From positions 3,038,001-3,102,000 of the forward strand of contig NC_089435.1 of the NCBI RefSeq assembly GCF_026210795.1: a stretch of DNA of 64,000 nucleotides, read 5' to 3'. The number at the start of each line of letters is the position of its first letter. Position 1 is the stretch's first letter. Positions 34,033-47,849 of this stretch are shown here, one piece after another. Position numbers and translations under genes: made by a program. The notes beneath the pieces are model-generated. The model was given only the letters and a program-made list of their open reading frames with translations, did no database searches and was not told the DNA's origin. The DNA is from Rhizophagus irregularis (taxonomy: Eukaryota).

Positions 34033-34845
34033 TAGGGTTCCGATCGGTTTCGGTAATTACCGAACCGAACCGATCGGTTTTCGGTTTTCGGTCGGTAATT
34101 GCATCAAAAATTACCGACCTAACACTTCGGTAATTTACCGATCGGTTCGGTAATTTCGGTTTTCGGTATCGGTTTTATCATTTATCGAACTGATTTACCG
34201 ATCTGACTTTATATTTTGTGATTGGCAAACTGATAATCTTTTTTAGTCCATATATATATAGTTTTTTTTTAATTTTTCTTTTTTTTACAGCAAATTTCAA
34301 AATATACGGGACACTTGAGAAATTTGATTGTCGGGTTGTCGGGTAGCCGGGTTACTCGGCAGTAGGTTGTTTATTAGAAAAGTATAAATAACACGTGACG
34401 AGTATAATGAATAGTAGTATATCAGATTATATAATAACCTACTGCCGAGTAACCCGGCTACCCGACAACCCGACAATCAAATTTCTCAAGTGTCCCGTAT
34501 ATTTTGAAATTTGCTGTAAATAGTAACGCGTTTATTATTAATTGATAACAATCATACAATAGATTACAATTTTATATAAACACCTAGCGTATACTAAATC
34601 CAAGGATCTCAATCTTAAATTTGTTTATTGATAGGATTTATTTTTTATATAGGTTTTGTAATAAATACATCGAGGAGTAGTAAATTCGGTAAATCGGTAT
34701 CGGTAATCGGTAATTACCGGCCGGTTTCGGTTATACAGTTTACCGATATCGAAAATTCGGTAAATTATCGATTACCGATACCGAAATTCGGTTTCGGTTT
34801 CGGTATGACTCAAACCGAAACCGAACCGTACCGATCGGAACCCTA
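34033..34845. mobile_element. Non-autonomous hAT-like element
   Basis: TIR tagggttccgatcggt, 8-bp TSD TTCAAAAT (34025-34032, 34846-34853), and dense subterminal tcggt(a/t)/accga motifs. Confidence 0.9.
34288..34516. mobile_element. Nested Tc1/mariner-type foldback MITE
   Basis: Perfect inverted arms 34284-34368 and 34436-34520 (85 bp including flanks), with CAG...CTG ends flanked by TA. Confidence 0.85.
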
Positions 34846-37396
34846 TTCAAAATCTTCAATCTGAGTCTCAATATTCTTGTCTGAAGGAATAAATGCTTTT
34901 ATCCTTTTTATCTTCAAATAAATTATTTTCGTCGTCCAACCTTGACACAGCCGTAATCTCTTTAACCGTATATTCTTGTGTAAGTCTTTCGTTGGAATCA
35001 TGTATGTAACAATTGTAGAAATCTTAGATGGCATTTTTTTTTGTATAATATTTTCGTTAATAAACACTGAAAATAATACCTATTTTACGATGTTAACCAT
35101 ATTATTTTTTTTTCAAATTAATTCAAATTAAAAAAATTCTTTCTCAAAAAAAATTTTCGTGAGGCTTCAATCAATATTATCAAAAAAAAAAAAATTTCAC
35201 GAGGCTTCAACAATTTTTCCATAATTTATACTTTCTTATACGGACATACAATACAGTTTTTTTCGCAGGAATCATCAATTAACTATCATTTTTTGCTATA
35301 GCTCTACTTAAAATAGAAAAAAATCATATATTTTGCAAGTTAAAAAGCCAGTTTTAAAAAAAAAATTTTTTTTTTTGACACGTAATATTGTTTCAGATCA
35401 AACATTTTTTTCTCAAGTGTTTGATTATGCAAAAAAAAAATCTTAATATTTCTTAATATGGAACGAAATGATAAAATTTACAAGATAAAAGCTAGTATTT
35501 GAAATAAAATGACTTTTTTTTTCCGAGAGTTGCCATAATCGTATGGGACAATAGGTTAATATAATAGTTCATTCAATAAATCATATACAAGCCCACTTAA
35601 TTTTCACATTCACAAGGGGTATAACAAATTAAATCTACTGTATCACACGTTACACGTAACATATTTATTTTATTATTACAAAAAAAATAATATGCGTTCT
35701 ATGGAGGGAGAGTGAGGTGAAATAATATATAATCCACACAGAATCGAAAGGAAATACGATTACATAAATAACACTTGCGTTACAAGGTAGTGTAGGACTT
35801 GTTCTATATCCTACGATAACTTAATCGTTATTTTTCTTTTTTTTAATTTTTTTATAATTATGGTTTTAACTTTGATTTAATTCTGAATAATAATAAAATG
35901 TTAAAGAAATATCTTTATAATAAATGTTAAATACACATTTTATTAGTCCGAGGTGTAACGAAGAACTATATACTTCTACGAAACTAAAAAGGATAAATTA
36001 TATTTATAAATTACGTATATACGTAATTATTATAAGCATAGAGAAAAAAAGTAGAGCTTGGTGCAAAAATTAAACTCGGAAAAGTTATTAAGTTTATACT
36101 GATTTACTTAAAACTTAAATATGTTAAACTCGGTTTTATTATTTTCTTTAAATTTTGCATCAAAAAACACATTTAAGTGACACGTTCTAGAATAAAGTTC
36201 TCTGGACATGTAACTATTAAAAAATAACTATAAATTAAATTGTAAAATAAACTATTTTTAATGAAATTGTTAATTCTCATTAAATTATTTAAACCCTCTT
36301 GTTAATTGACATTTATTTTATTATTGCTATTTATTGAATTTCATTATTACTTCTTCATATAAAATACTATTATGAGTTGGCATGAAATACTTTTTCTTAA
36401 CATTATTAAGCAACACCATTTTTCATTGTACAATCATTGTTCAAGCATCACTTATTATATCACTTAAATGAATTCCCGAAATTTTTTCATACAAAAAAAT
36501 TATAATTCAAGAAGGTTTTATAGATATACTTTTTTATTCAAGTTATACGCAGACGAAAAATAAGTTCATTTTTACACATAGCAGCTTCATTTAAAGCCAA
36601 TAAAAAAAAAAGTTAATTTTGCTGTTGTTTAGCGAAATAAATGTACATAAAATAATTGTAAGAGTGAAATTAAAAACTGGGTTAGGTTCAGGAAGCTTTA
36701 ATGAATAATTTATTAGAATTTTTGATATTGGTGAGAAGGCAAAGGGTATAGAATTATAATCTTAAAATCCGTTATATTTATTAATCGTAAAAATAAAAAG
36801 TATTCTCAAGCTTTTAAAATTCTTAATTTGTTATTGATTGTGTTGCTTTCTATGACATCATTATCCAATCATATTGTGAGAATTTCTAAACCAATATTGG
36901 CCAATTCTTTCTACATATAGCGCCAATAAAATATAATTTTCTCATTAAATTAAAGAATTACAAAATGATAAATCGAAATTTTATAACCTTTTTATAGATT
37001 AGGCTTTTTATTACAAAGATTTATTAATCAGATTTTTTAACATAAAATATAGTTTATTTTATTGTGATAAACTTAATTATATAAATAATAAATCGAGATA
37101 CAAAAATTCTATCAAAAAAAAAAGATATTAATTGTTCATAGATGCAAGCCTATTTATATTGGCAGCTACTCTAATCTTTTCATTCATCAAGATCGATTCG
37201 AACTCATAATATATTGTGCATCAATAAATAAAAGCTTGAAACCAGTTTATATAGCACAATTAACAGTCATTCTCTGTATCTTATAGTACTAAAAATTCAT
37301 TGATTAAAACTTACACTTAATTCCTTTACCACTCGAAGTTTGCTACTATAATACATTTTATTTACACACTTTCCAAATTCCTAGTATCCATCATAG

Positions 37397-38788
37397 TCAC
37401 TTTTTATTAAAATCTAAATCTTTATCTAAATATTTAAAATACTCTAAAGTTAATTTTGCAATCTGATGTCCTCTTTTAGCTGCCATTTTATATAATTTTA
37501 TTGCTCTTGTCTTATTAATTTCGGTTCCGATTCCTTTATGATAACAAAGCCCAAGTAGAAATTGAGCATTTAAATACCCTTGATAAGCTGATTTTTTATA
37601 ATATTTAAAAGCTTTTATTTCATCTTTTTCTACACCTTCACCATCGTCGTAACAATTTCCTAAATTATATTGTGCAAATTTATTTCCATTTTCTGCCGCT
37701 TTTTTATACCAATAAACCGCTTTTTCTAAATCATTTTCTGTTCCAATTTCATCTTGATAACAATTACCTAACATATTTTGTGCTGGTGAATATTCTTCTT
37801 TTGCAGATTTATAATACCATATAAATGCTTTCTTACTATCTTCATCTACTCCTATTCCATATTGATAACATATACCTAAATTAAATTGTGCTTCTAAATT
37901 TATACCTCCATTAGCAGCTTTTAAATACCATTCAATTGCTTTCTTTTCATCTTTAATAATTCCTATCCCATTTTGATAACAATAACCCAAATTATTTTGT
38001 GCTCCTAAATTTCCTCCTTCTGCTGATTGTAAATAAAATTCAAATGCTTTAAAGTCATCTTTAACTTTACCCATACCATATTGATAACAGAATCCTAAAT
38101 TATTTAATTCTACCAATTTTTCTTTCTCTTTAGTTAAATCTATTTGATTATTATTAGAACTTTTATCAAATGATTCAAAATATTTTTCTATAGTATTTAT
38201 CTCATCATTACATATACAAATTTTTAACCCATTAAAATTTTCATACTGATTATGTGACATCACTTGTACATTTTCTAAATTATTAAATTCTTTAGAAATC
38301 AACTTTCTTTTATTTAAGATAATATCTTTATAATAATATAAAGATAATAAATATTTTCCAATAATAATATTAATTAATTGATACATACTTGTTTTATTTT
38401 CATCCTCCTCCTCCTCCTCATCATTATTTATATTATCTTTATTATTATTGTTTTTATTATTATTAATTGATATCATGTATAATTCTAATGATTTATTTTT
38501 ATTAATATAAATATTAGAATCATTTATATCATATTCATAAAAGAATCCAATTAAACTTGAAAACCAATTTTTATTCTCTTTATGATTTTCCATTAATTTT
38601 AAAACTATTTCAGGATTTTTATTTTCTTGATTATCAAAAAATTCTTTCATCCAATCCTTTAAAATATTTTCATAATTACTATAATTATTAATTGTTATTA
38701 ATTGATGATAAAATTCTTTTAATAATTCTCTTAAGAAAATTTCTTCTTCTTCATCAATTTTTGAAATATCATTATTATTTGAATACAT
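37397..38788 (-). CDS. Sel1-like repeat protein
   Basis: About 6 repeats of AQ.NLG.CY..G.G...D..KA..WY.KAA..G. Confidence 0.92.
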   Translation of the reverse strand: MYSNNNDISKIDEEEEIFLRELLKEFYHQLITINNYSNYENILKDWMKEFFDNQENKNPEIVLKLMENHKENKNWFSSLIGFFYEYDINDSNIYINKNKSLELYMISINNNKNNNNKDNINNDEEEEEDENKTSMYQLINIIIGKYLLSLYYYKDIILNKRKLISKEFNNLENVQVMSHNQYENFNGLKICICNDEINTIEKYFESFDKSSNNNQIDLTKEKEKLVELNNLGFCYQYGMGKVKDDFKAFEFYLQSAEGGNLGAQNNLGYCYQNGIGIIKDEKKAIEWYLKAANGGINLEAQFNLGICYQYGIGVDEDSKKAFIWYYKSAKEEYSPAQNMLGNCYQDEIGTENDLEKAVYWYKKAAENGNKFAQYNLGNCYDDGEGVEKDEIKAFKYYKKSAYQGYLNAQFLLGLCYHKGIGTEINKTRAIKLYKMAAKRGHQIAKLTLEYFKYLDKDLDFNKK

Positions 38789-41758
38789 TTGTTTGCGTTA
38801 TTTTTTCTTTTTTTTTTAGGAAAAAACTTTAAAAAACTTTTTTTTTACGTCATTTTACAGGTCGTACGGTTACACTGCATCATGCTTTTTTTGTATTACG
38901 TGTTGTACTTTGATTAGTTTTTGTTTTCGCAGTCAATTTAGGTATGATTTGCGATATATTGTAAAAGAAATATAATTGTAACTGCTAATTTCTAGTTATA
39001 GTTATTAGGCAGGGCGTTCCAATATCAGTCTCCAGGCCCCATAGCCTATGGTCAGTCCGTCAGGGATTGAAAATGTGCTATGTATTATATATTGATCGAC
39101 ATGATCAATATAATAAGCTAAAAAAAAAAAAATTTACATTTCACGAAATTTCTTATTTGCCCACCTATCTTTGATCTGACCGCAAAACATCTCATCCAAT
39201 CCAGCAGTATTAAATGCCATTCAATCATTACAACACAATGAATTTATACAGAAATCAGTTCATACATCTAGCGATGTAAGAGATAAACCTAGAAAAGAAT
39301 ATACTGTGAATTACACATTTTATATCAATATTCATATTATGCCAACATGTGGAACAACCAAACTTGTAACATACAGTATTTACGTAAAAATGAAAACGGC
39401 GACTTTTAATGTATTATCGATAAATAAAAGCAAGCATATGTCATGCTAAATGATTTTTTAGATAATTTTGAAACTATATAAATCAGCCTTTTATTTATTT
39501 TTTTCTTTTTGCAAGGTAGTGGCAATTTGTAAGTTTATTAGATGATTGTACAAAAATCTACCTATTAAATAAAACGCTCCGTATATACAGTATATATACA
39601 ACTGATACGACTTATTTAATATATTTATTGATTTTACTTAACTTTTCTTACTTTAAGAATCGAACCCAAAAAAATAAATACTTATTTTTTCGTGATTTAA
39701 TCACCTACCATTTTACAGATTGCTCCTGTACCCTACCCTCACCATCCATATTATTTGAAGTAGCTTCGCAGCAATATGAGTCCTGTAATCTATGGTTTTA
39801 AAATCAGACTTTAATAATAAGAATAAAATTTAAGATTGTATTATATTATTATATATTAAAAGATAAAATAATAAAAAACTTTTTTATATTAACAACTTAT
39901 TTCAAAAAAAAAACTCATTCATTCCATTGGTTTTCATTCTTTTATAACATGTTTGTATCAGGCGGGTTGCCAAAAATATCTAGAACGAATGGCCTGAATT
40001 TCATGCACTGAATTATAAAAGGTGGTAGAGATTATAAATATACGAAATAACAAAATAATATTGTACGGTATGAAAATACAGTATATAAGGTGGTACTTTA
40101 TTAGAAGATGGAAGATAAAAAAATAAAAAAATAAAGAAAAACCGGAATTACAATCATGCTAAAACTTTAAATACAAATTATTGTTAACTTTACGTTATTT
40201 CGGCTATTTTCGATAGATTATCAGATTATCGTAAATTTTATTGAGTCGTACAAAATGCCATTTTTTGCTGGCCAGAATTAAAATTAAATACGCCTCTATA
40301 TGTGATTAAGCGTATTTTGATTTTTGGTTGACGTGGAATTTTCTACACTAATCTTTTCATATTTGTTATAGTGAATGAAAATTTAGTTAATTTGAGTTTA
40401 ATGTATTAAAAAATTAAATCACAGAAATAAATAAAGAAAACAAGTTGTAAACGAAGCCAATTCTGAAAGTTAAGATAACTGAACTCCAAAAACAAAAAAA
40501 ATCAACTAAAAATGAATTGGTTTATTAAACTTATTCTGCAACATAAAAATTAGTTATAGATAAAAGTTGTAAGTTATATCCGTCAATCCAGAAAATTATT
40601 AATTGTAAATATTCATTAAATTTTATTTGCTTTTGTTATGTAGGTATTTATTTATTCCTGCTAAACCATTTAACTTTCACAGCAGTTATCCAGCTAGTAT
40701 TTTTGTAGTGGTTGAAATCGCCAGATTTTGCACAAAATAATAAAGATAATCATTATGGCAGTTCTTATCAATGACTTTTTGCTAAAAAGAATTCAAAAAT
40801 TAAAATTCTTTTGTGAGAAGAAAATTTTGTCAATAATGTTTATTTTTCATCACATTACGAACCTATGCATACGAATATCTCAAAGATGAAAATAATAAAA
40901 TATCGTAATAGTTCATAGTCTGTACCAAAATATAGAATGAGTTATGCCAGCTCATATATTACGTTTAAATAACAGTATTGTTACCTGATTTAGTTACCTT
41001 TTCAGGATGTGAATTACAAAAAAAAAAAAAATTCTTTTTTAAATTCTGCTTTAACGAATTTTAAAAAGTTTGATTGTTACAATGCGATGAATTGTTCTGT
41101 TTAGATACTACATTTTTAGAATTATAATAAATAAAAGCAAGCTGACGAGACTTACATTATTTATGATTTTTATAATTATATTTTTATTTTATTAATACGA
41201 AATGAAATAATTATTACTATAAGCTAAATTTCTACCAGAAACATGTAATCATTCATCGTTCTTTATTTACATACTAGTTATAAATATTTATAGAAGCAAA
41301 GCTATTAAACATTTTCTGCCTTTATTGACAACCTTATGGAGCAGTATAAAAATAGTAGTTTATTAAATATGGTTGTCTCCACTTTCATATAAAAGTTCAA
41401 AGTTATATTGTGCAATAATGTGCCCTCTTTTAGCTGCTATATTATATAATTCGAATGCTTTTGTTTTATCAACTTCAGTACCAATTCCAAATTCATAACA
41501 ATATCCAAGTTCAAATTGTGCATCTAGATTGCCTCTATCAGATGTTATTTTATATAATTTAAATGCAATTTCAGTTCCAATCCCTTTATTATAACAATAT
41601 CCAAGTTGTTATTGAGCATATAAATATCCTTGTACTGCTGATTTTTCATAACATTCAAATGCTGTAACTTCATCTTTTTCAGTTCCTTCTTCACTATTTA
41701 TTTTATCTAGATTATATTGTACTACTTTTTTATTTCCATTTTCTGCTAATTTATTATA

Positions 41759-44700
41759 CTAGTAAATAGCTTTGTTTAAATCCTTTTCTGTACCTTCACC
41801 ATTTTGATATAAATATCCAAGATTACTTTGTGCATCAGTATTTCCATTCTCAGCTGCTATTTTGTATAATTCAAATGCTTTTGTTTTATTAACTTCAGTT
41901 CCAATTCCAAAATCATAACAATATCCAAGTTGATATTGAGCATCCAAATGTCCTTGCTCTGATGATTTTTCATAATATTTAAAAGCTTTAATTACATCTT
42001 TTTCTACACCTATACCACTTTTATAACAATTTCCCAATTTATATTGTGCTAATTTATTTCCATTTTCTGCTGCTTTTTTATACCAGTAAACAGATTTATT
42101 TAAATCTCTTTCTGTGCCTTTACCATTTTCATAGCAAGCTCCAAGATTATTTTGTGCAAAATTATGTCCTTTTTCAGCTGCCTCTTTATATAATTCAAGT
42201 GCATTTGTTTCATTAACTTCAGTTCCAATTCCAAAATTATAACAATATCCAAGTTGATATTGAGCATTCAAATATCCTTGCTCTGCTGATTTTTCATAAT
42301 ATTTGAAAGCTTTAATTTCATCTTTTTCTACACCTATACCACTTTTATAACAAATTCCTAAATTAAATTGTGCTAATTTATTTCCATTTTCTGCTGCAAT
42401 TTTATATAATTCAAATGCTTTTATTTTATTTACTTCAACTCCAATTCCTTTATAATAACAATATCCAAGTTTACATTGAGCATTCAAATATCCTTGCTCT
42501 GCTGATTTTTCATAATATTTGAATGCTTTAATTTCATCTTTTTCTACACCTATACCACTTATATAACAATTTCCCAAATTAAATTGTGCTGTTTTATATC
42601 CATTTTCTGCTGTAATTTTATATAATTCAAATGCTTTTATTTTATTAACTTCAACTCCAATTCCTTTATCATAACAATATCCAAGTTGAAATTGAGCATC
42701 CAAATATCCTTGCTCTGCTGATTTTTCATAATATTTGAAAGCTTTAATTACATCTTTTTCTACACCTATACCACTTTTATAACAATTTCCCAAATTATAT
42801 TGTGCTGTTTTATTTCCATTTTCTGCTGTAATTTTATATAGTTCAAATGCTTTTACTTTATTAACTTCAGTTCCAATTCCAAAATCATAACAATATCCAA
42901 GTTGAAATTGAGCATCCAAATATCCTTGCTCTACTAATTTTTCATAATATTTGAAAGCTTTAATTACATTTTTTTCTACACCTATACCATTTTTATAACA
43001 ATTTCCCAAATTATATTGTGCTGTTTTATTTCCATTTTCTGCTGTGATTTTAAATAATTCAAATGCTTTTATTTTATTAACTTCAATTCCAATTCCAAAA
43101 TTATAACAATATCCAAGATTACATTGAGCATTCAAATATCCTTGCTCTGCTGATTTTTCATAATATTTGAAAGCTTTAATTTCATCTTTTTCTACACCTA
43201 TACCACTTCTATAACAATTTCCCAAATTAAATTGTGCTAATTTATTTCCATTTTCTTCTGTGATTTTATATAATTCAAATGCTTTTACTTTATTAACTTC
43301 AGTTCCAATTCCAAGATCATAACAATATCCAAGTTGAAATTGTGCATTTAAAAATTCTTGTTCAGCTGATTTTTGATATAATTGAAATGCTTTTCTATTA
43401 TTTTTTTTCACACCTTTACCATTTCTATAACATAAACCTAAATTAAACTGTGCAGCCCTATTTCCACTTTTTGCTGCCTTTTGAAAATAATAAAATGCTT
43501 TACTATAATTTTGTTTTGTTCTAATACCATTATAATTATTAAATCCAATTTGATTTAATCTATTAAAATAGATTGTTTTATGAATTTTAATTTCTATACT
43601 TCTGTTTTTTTTAGCATTAGTTTTCTTATTATAATTTTGTTTAAGAATATATTTTGCAATAATACTTCCATTATTTGCCGCTTTTTTGTACCAATTAAAA
43701 GCTTGAACTTTATCAATTTCTATTCCAACTCCATAATAATAACAATTTCCAAGTTGATATTGAGCATCTATGAAATTTTTTTCTGCTGATATTTTATAAT
43801 ATTCAAATGCTTTAGATTCATTTTTATCTATTCCTTTACCTAACCTGTAACAATTTGCAAGATATAACTTTGCAGTTGTATTTCCATTATTGGCTGCATT
43901 TTTATACAATTCAATAAATTTATTATCATTATTTTTAGTTCCAATATTAAATTCATAGCAATATCCTAAATAAAATTGTCCAACAATACTTTTATTTTTT
44001 GCAGCTTTTTGATACCAATTGAATGCTAGATTTTTATCTTCTTCAGTTCCATATCCGTATTCATAACATTTAGCAAGATAAATTTGTGCTATTGAACAGT
44101 TATTTTCTGCTGCATTTGAAAATGATTCAAATGCTTTATTGTCATTTTCTTCTATTCCAATGCCATAATAATAAAATAATCCAAAAAGCCAAATATAAGC
44201 TGATTTATTTTGATTTTTCGTTAGCCAATTAATAAGATCATTTATAATTTGATTACATTTCAATGTTATTTCAATTATTTGTTGAATTTGATCAAAATTA
44301 TAACCTTTATCATGTTTATTAATGATAAATGCAATTAATTTGTCAACTAATGAATCATTAATAATATCAAATGACGAATCTTTTGACGAATTCGTCTGAA
44401 ATGATGTGCTAGATTGATTACTTTTAAGACTCATTATCCCTGATCGAATAGATGCCTGACCTTGTAAACTGCTAATATTATTTAGTATATCTGAAAAATC
44501 ATTTATATCTAATTCATCATTCATATCTGAATTAACACTTATATTTGATTCATCATTTATATCTTGATTATCATAATTAATATCTGAATCATCATTTATA
44601 TTTGAACTACCATTTATACCTAAAATTTCAAGATGTTTGTCGGGAAAAACTATTGATTTAAGAATTAAAACAACTTCTTGCATATTTGGACGCTCATCTG

Positions 44701-45860
44701 GTTCATATTTCCAGCATTCTAGTTATTAATATAAATAGTATCATTAATATTTAATACACTCTCCATTGAAACCAAATATTGTGTATAATCATTACCTGTG
44801 TATAAGTTACTATAATTAATAAGTGTGTCATCAATAATTTCTTCTCGTTTACCATTTATTATAGATAACATTAAACCTTCGTCATAGTTTAAATCGGAAA
44901 ATGGTTGATTGCCACTTGATATCTGCCACATTAATATTCCAACACTATATACATCAGATTTTTCGTTTAACTTGTAATCTTGATCATTTAAACTTTTTGG
45001 ATCAACAAAGGGTATTATACCACAAATTTTCGATGTACTGTTACTTGACGCTTCAGCAATTTTTTTTGACAACCCGAAGTCTGCCAGCTTGATCTTTTTT
45101 TGATGAACAAGTACGTTATCTGCATGCTATAAATGGGTGAAGAAAACTTATTAAGCATATTTTATTAAAAAAGAAAAAGTTTATTTTAAAAGTTAACTAT
45201 ACCAGATCACGATGAATAATATCATTTTCATGTAAAAATGCTACTGCACTAGCTAATTGAAATGATAACTGATATTTATCATTCCAATTGAGTTCATTAA
45301 ATTTCTCTTTTAAGTAAGTTTTTAATGTATCATTATCAGCATATTCTAAAACTAACACATATTTTTTTTCTAAATATAATACATAAAGAAAATAAGTAAT
45401 TATATACTGTATATACTGTAACAATAATAATATACTGTATATGTTAATACTTGCCGTTTTCTATTTTTGTAATGCCATAGAATCGTAAAATATTCTCATG
45501 AACGTCGACTTTTTTTTGTGATTTTATCTGTAAAGAATTTAGTAAAATAAATAAATAAATAAATAAAAATTATAAAGTTTTAAAATTAATAAAAATAAGA
45601 ATATTAAGATTCAATACCTCATTAACAACTTCTTTTAGCGTTATTTTATCACTGTTGAAAGTTTTTAAAGCGAAAAAAGTATCAGAATTTCTCCATTTAG
45701 CACGAACGACACTCCCATATGAACCATTTCCTAACGGTTCTAAATTTTTAAATTCTGAATAATCGTAATAGTTAATGTATTCGTCAACAATTGATTTTTC
45801 TAACCAATCAATATAAATATTTGAATCTTTAGGGTCGGTTTCTTTCGTTTCTTTTGACAT
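41759..45860 (-). CDS. Tyrosine-kinase-like kinase fused to a long Sel1-like repeat array; multi-exon
   Basis: Exons contain 'LGNGSYGSV', 'ALK', 'IIHRDL', 'KLADFGLSK' and 'SDVYSVG', followed by about 20 Sel1 repeats in 41759-44683. Confidence 0.9.
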
Positions 45861-46339
45861 TTTTTGCAACAGTTTATATCAGAGTATTTTGTAAATTAGC
45901 TTTTTTTAATGCATGAAAAAAAGCATGTGACTTGTCTTGTACTACTGTAAAATATATGATTTTAAACTTTTATGGTATAACCGGCTAATACCGGCTAATT
46001 AGCCGGTTAACATTAACCGGTTCCAACCGCTATTTTTTAACGCCAGAAGTAAATGAATGTAAAATTTACTTCATATAGTTAAAATAAACAACCGGTGTAA
46101 CTGAAAAAGGATTGTGCTACAATAATGAATAAGAAATGAGACTATAATTTTTAAAGTAATAAAAAAAATGACAAATGAAAATAGTTAGTATGGCGCAAAT
46201 TTCATTACGAATTAAGCATTCCCAAAAAAATATGAATATTAAAGTGAATACCGCAATTTTAAATTTGATTTTTTGAAATCTTTATTATAACATTTATTTA
46301 TACCTATCAAAGAAGTTAATAAGGAAAATAAAGAAAATT

Positions 46340-46990
46340 GATTATAAAGCTGCGGAAGATGACAATAATTCTTCAAGTGGATTATATTTTTTTATTAATA
46401 AATTAGATCTTAAATTTCCTCCATTCATCATGTACTTCGATGTTTCTGGATCTTAGGTTATTCCAAATATGCGTATTGCTGAAAAAGTACTCGAACTCAT
46501 AATTGTAAATAAATGATAAGTTATTTTATCAAAATAAATACTGCATATATTTTTTTAAAAAAAAAAAATACTTCATTTAAGAAATCATCACCAATATTTG
46601 AAGAATTTTTTAAGCTTTTTAATGCAACGTGAACTCCCTCTTTTTTCATTTTTATTAAGTGGCGACGAGACATCTTTTTCTTTTGCAATTTCATAATCCT
46701 CATAATCAAGAAAATAGCGATTTCTTTATACGCCATCATCCAAATTTGTATTAATATACCCATCTAAATAAAATAATAAATCGCCTTATAAATAAACAGT
46801 ACTGAAATCGCCATCAGCTAAATATTTAATATTTCTTAATCTATTATAACTTGATTATAATTCAGTTGAGCTTCTTGTCAACAGATAAATTTCCGCTAGT
46901 CCAATTCGGTTGTAATAATTTACTAATGCAAGTCAGACAATTAATACCGGTTTTTGGTCGTTTACAATCGAAACATGCTACGTATTTATG
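46340..46990 (-). pseudogene. Degraded tandem copy of the neighbouring kinase gene
   Basis: Shares 'CKRPKT', 'NWTSG' and 'HVALKSLKNSSNI.DDFLNEV' and the intron position with 47850-49427, but has deletions and stops. Confidence 0.85.
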
Positions 46991-47104
46991 TATGTTGGTT
47001 TTCAATAAATAACCTATATAAGGTCATCTGGCTTATCTTGTATTACATTAACGGAGTTGATTAATTCCGAAGAATTACACAAGAGAAATTCTTTTATTCT
47101 ACAT

Positions 47105-47348
47105 CCCTATAAAAAATGTTTGTCCGATAAATATTCGGAATATTCGGAATGGGGTTTCCGGACACTCGCACGCTATTATACAATATTTGTTACAATTTAT
47201 TACAAGATGCGGAGATTGAGAATTTTTAACCATATAAAAAACGTCAATATCATGATGAATGTCCAATAAATGTCAAGTAAATGTTCGGAACGGGGTCGAT
47301 TTTCTAAACAAAAAACCGAACAGTGTTTGGACAATATTTTTTATTGGG
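47105..47348. mobile_element. Small CCC...GGG-ended MITE (CACTA/CMC-like)
   Basis: Imperfect TIRs ccctataaaaaatgtttgtcc / ggacaatattttttattggg, with a 3-bp TSD CAT. Confidence 0.55.
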
Positions 47349-47849
47349 CATAGAATATTTTTTTTACATATAATTAAATAGATATTCTCAACATATTATG
47401 TCACATATATCAAATGTGGTTTCTACTTTATGCACGATGCCGATCCTACTGTAAACCGTATAAATAATCTTCACGTGATCATATAAAACCGCGCCTGGGG
47501 TGTTCAAGTTCGGATTTTATTTATTTTTATTATTAATATTCAAAAAAATAAACTAAGATTTTTATTGTTTATTAACAAAAAAAGTTTATAAGGAATTTAG
47601 AATTATATATATAATAAATGATTACAAATTTTATATCTACCTATGCGAAATACACCATATTTTTAAAATGTATTATCAAAAAAAAAAAAAAATTCGAAAT
47701 TTTTATATATAAAGTAAGTAATCTAGAATAAAAAATTTCCAAACTTCCACTAGCCCTGATTTGGTTGATTCTTCGCAATAAATTAAGAAAAAGTTTTTGC
47801 AAAAATTAATGGTACAAAAAATAATAAATAATTACAAATACATTATAAT

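Larger units (their letters stand above)
33300..35034 (-). pseudogene. Degraded hypothetical gene (possibly OB-fold-like) interrupted by a hAT-like element
   Basis: ORF 34843-35067 ('MPSKISTIV...IEDFE') stops at the element boundary. Coding-like sequence resumes beyond it ('GDVICLRRKFV', then ORF 33444-33848) with frameshifts. Confidence 0.45.
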
